In this document: in pieces, positions 60,701-64,000 of the stretch
How the letters are laid out: the number at the start of each line of letters is the position of its first letter
Numbering within the stretch: position 1 is the stretch's first letter
Origin: Spirogloea muscicola
Taxonomy: Eukaryota
DNA length: 64,000 bases
Reading direction: 5' to 3'
Assembly: GCA_009602725.1 (NCBI GenBank)
Contig: WELB01000011.1
Span: 1,291,361 to 1,355,360 of the forward strand
Notes under the pieces: generated by a model
The model's input: only the letters and a program-made list of their open reading frames with translations
Databases searched by the model: none
What the model was told of the DNA's origin: nothing
Made by a program: the position numbers and the translations under genes

Positions 60701-63700
60701 TCCGCAAGTGCAACAGAGCCTCTATTGGCTGCTGCAGCCTCGTTCGCTCTCCTGACGGTAAAGGAAGGAACAACTTGACAGACGTCAGCCAACACTTCAG
60801 ACAACCTCTGATCAACGAAAGCACTTGCTAGTCTCATTTACTGACACAGTAACAATAGATACAAATAAGTCGATCACATACTATCACTGCAAGCTGACAA
60901 AGTGCAAAGCTGCCATCTACTCAATATGTTGGTGCTGCACAAGGTTGTGAGGAACCGACCGAGCCTCCTCCCACGACTTCTCCTTTACGTCTATATGCTC
61001 AATCTGCACAGCACCTTTCTTTGTCAATTTACTCATTCTCCAAAGAAGTAGCAAGGGCTGGGTACATGGAGACGGGTGTAGCTACATGTGGGCAGTGGGA
61101 TATACCTGACTCTGCAGTCTTGAGATCTGACGGGCAGCTTGCTGTGCAGCCCCTTCAAGCTGCTCAATGCGTGAGCGAGCACCTTTGAGAGCTTCCTTGC
61201 TGGCTTCTCTTGCTGCCACCCAGACATCTATGTTTACCAACCTGCTGAGCTCCTCCTGCTTTCAGCCAGTTGAAGAGCTCAATGACAGGCAGTTGAGCAC
61301 ATGTGGACCCTGCAAGGGACTCCAGCTCCTCATGTAGCAATTATGGGTAGACAAACAAGGATGAGGACCAACAAGTTGTGACATATGACATACATTCGCA
61401 GGTGCTACAAAGCTCTGGAGGAGGCAGACGAGTGGCGAATCTGACAATCTAATTAGTCATTTATCATTCAATTTCTGACCTTAAATTCCTTATCAGTTGA
61501 TTCAAGCAGGCCTGCAGCTTCGTGCTGCCCGTGAAACACAGTCTGATGCAGCACGGAAGTGTCTCTGCAATATCAAGCATCGGACTGATTGACTACATTG
61601 TGATGAGAACAACAGCTGTGGCTCAACAAGTGCAACCATAGCAAACTCCGCTAATCTTGGCAACATCACTCATTATATTGGCAGCATCTATAGCATTTGC
61701 AAGCACGCAATGAATCAAAGGAGCATGATGTTGCAATCGATACAAATGAATCCAAGTGCATTCTCACATCAGGTCATCAATACACTGCTGTGTGAGGCGC
61801 ATATCTTGGCAGGTTCTCTCCTCTGTGTCTAACACAAAGCGCAGCATAGGCTTCCTGGCCTCGTGAACACAAAGGGTCAGCAGTTGCTATGCAGATATCA
61901 GCTATGATAAATTGTTGTTCTACTTCTCAGATGAAGCCCAGGGAGCCAATATTTGCTGTTAGATCCGTTGTACCTGCCAGCCTGGCGCTCAACTGTGAAT
62001 GGGCTGCCGTTGACGACGCCCTCTACACGCACTCTGGCATGGGCACTGGATTGGTGGACTACTTCTGACGTTGACAATCCCCTAATGGAATCTGGTCGAG
62101 TGTCTGTGGAACCTGTAAGGCCCAGCCAAGAAAAATGAGTCCTCCATAACACAAACCAAAGTTTCCATACATTGTCACCATGCTGGCAAAGACAGCCGAT
62201 GACACTTAGAAGCAACCGAGTCATAACTACACAAACAAATGTCATTAAAGCTGTTGCAAATGTTTGTCGCACGTGAAGGGTTCTAGGAGTACCTGTAAGT
62301 GCCCAAAGGGGGGCCATCACAAGATATGTCTTCCCGGCTCCATTGCTGCTTGAGCCACTGGTGTCCTTGTTCATGCCAGTAACAATCCTGACACCCCTGT
62401 TGGACAGTGGATACCTCACGACACCCTTGAAGGGGCCAAAACCTTCCAGCTCGACCATGTCAAGCCTTACATGTGCTGACAACGCAATGAACATCGCACG
62501 CACACAACCTCATCAGCACAGTGCCTGTAAAGCCATGACCAAATGCAATACTCTCAGATGTCCCCTGGAAGTAAAATTACCTGTGCATCGGCAGAGCTGG
62601 CGCACTGCAATCTCTCAGCATTCTTGCAACCCCTAAGATAGGTCTGGACGAAGGCCTCTCATAGCTCACATTGGGGTCTTTGCAGGAGCCTACTGGGGAC
62701 GTTGAGGCTCTTCAAAATATTGAGCCCAGCTTTTGTGGCCCCTTTGCTCAAATTAATATGGTCAGCATAAGCTGAAAATAAAGCAAATGCGTCCTGGGCC
62801 AAGTCCCAATCTATGCAGGTTAGCCGGAGGGCTGGGAGGACATAAGCTACTTCAGGAGGCAGCAAGTCAGGGTCTAGTCTTTGCTCAGCAACAGGAGCAA
62901 GGAGTTAAGTACGGATGTACAAGGAGAGGGCTTACCAAGTCCTCGGCATTGGCTATACGAGGGCTTGATGCCACAATTGAACGAACAAGCTCAACTTCCA
63001 AGCCCTTTCCCCGCAGAATTTCCTGCGAAACCAATCTTGTCTGTCAAACAAGCTACTCAATCGCCTGACTTGTGCATGTTCAGCACACTAAGGATCATAC
63101 TCTTTGCGTGATTGCACCAAAGTCAACCTTCTGCAACACTATCCATTTCAGTCTTATTGACAGGTCTCCATAAATTGGGACAAATTACCAAAACCAGATA
63201 GCCAGTCACGTATTTTAACAGCATCTGATCACTGATCGTAGGAGCCCAAGTAAGCAAGAGGGTCAAGCAGACATGCCATCTCCATATCCAGTGTCTCCTG
63301 AGCCAAATCAGGTGGAAGAAACCAGCGCACACGGTCTCCTGCCCTTGCAGACTGCAGCACCTCTGATGGCAAGCGACCCTCTTTGGGTATTACGAAGTGA
63401 TGTGGCCCGTAGTTCACAATGACATCCTCTAACTTCTGCACAATGCATGTATGCAATTCTCCTTTAGGAAATGGCATACAGAAAGGATGACCTAGAGAAG
63501 CTCCCTCATTATTCCACTGACGTCTACCTTTTGATACCCTCACATGGCAGATATGATGTACATGACAAGCTGCCTATGCCCAGGAGTCAGTATCTCAATT
63601 CCTACATGGCCATCAAGCAGTACTTGGCACACACAGCAAATGCACGGTATACTCAGACTGGCACCTGCACAGGAAGAGCTGCACCTGCCACGTCCGGTCA

Positions 63701-64000
63701 AGCACCATGAGTCGCTTCACTTGCCCAGCCTCGCTAGCCGAGATCTGGTAAGGTGATCCAACGTACTCAATTTGAGTCTGCTCCACTTTATGAGGCTTGT
63801 GGTAGTGCCCAGTGTAGATGAGCAAATCTGGTGGAAAGAACGAAGGATCAAACCCCTCCTTGGCTTGATAGTCCTCATTGATAGTTGCTCCAACCTGAAA
63901 CAAAGGTTGCGCAGCACATCAGTCATGGAGGAGCCTAAGGCAGCACCATACATACTATGACAAACAAGCTGAGCAGGTATGAGTTAAGTGCATGACAAGT
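57771..64000 (-). CDS. Fused Mre11/SbcD nuclease - Rad50/SbcC ABC-ATPase; N-terminus beyond the window
   Basis: Nuclease motifs IYTGHYHKPH and YVGSPYQ.SASEAGQVK splice in frame via linker exons to RLDMVELEGFGPF...TGMN...SNGAGKT...LWALTG (Walker A), FHGQ (Q-loop), coiled coil with CQLC hook, LSGGERRR (signature), LMVLDEV|...HLDAEG (Walker B/D-loop), LIVSQ. Confidence 0.92.

Overview
Eukaryotic nuclear DNA: GC-rich, intron-dense (GT-AG), with N-gaps at GC-rich gene 5' ends. The gene set (HCF164, SCO2, BC10-type glycosyltransferase, root-cap domain, plant glutaminyl cyclase, cyanobacterial-type NlpC/P60) points to a streptophyte alga or early-diverging plant; this is inference. I reconstructed about 14 host genes by hand-splicing: TlyA rRNA methyltransferase, pseudouridine kinase (carrying an in-frame TAG), UBL5, NAT10, an Ole e1 + root-cap protein, an SH3b-NlpC/P60 peptidoglycan peptidase, HCF164, an RlmD/TrmA-like RNA methyltransferase, a BC10-like GT, glutaminyl cyclase, a bHLH factor, SCO2, an uncharacterised protein, and a single-polypeptide Mre11/SbcD-Rad50/SbcC fusion that runs off the right end. 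The intergenic space is dominated by a CRE-like (RT + restriction-like endonuclease) non-LTR retrotransposon family. There is one ~2.9-kb decayed copy plus many very short 3'-end copies from divergent subfamilies. These are stacked and nested inside each other with target-site duplications and share a 3' double-hairpin with a (TTC)-rich tail, mostly just upstream of host genes. Exon boundaries were read by eye and may be off by a few bases. No database search was run.
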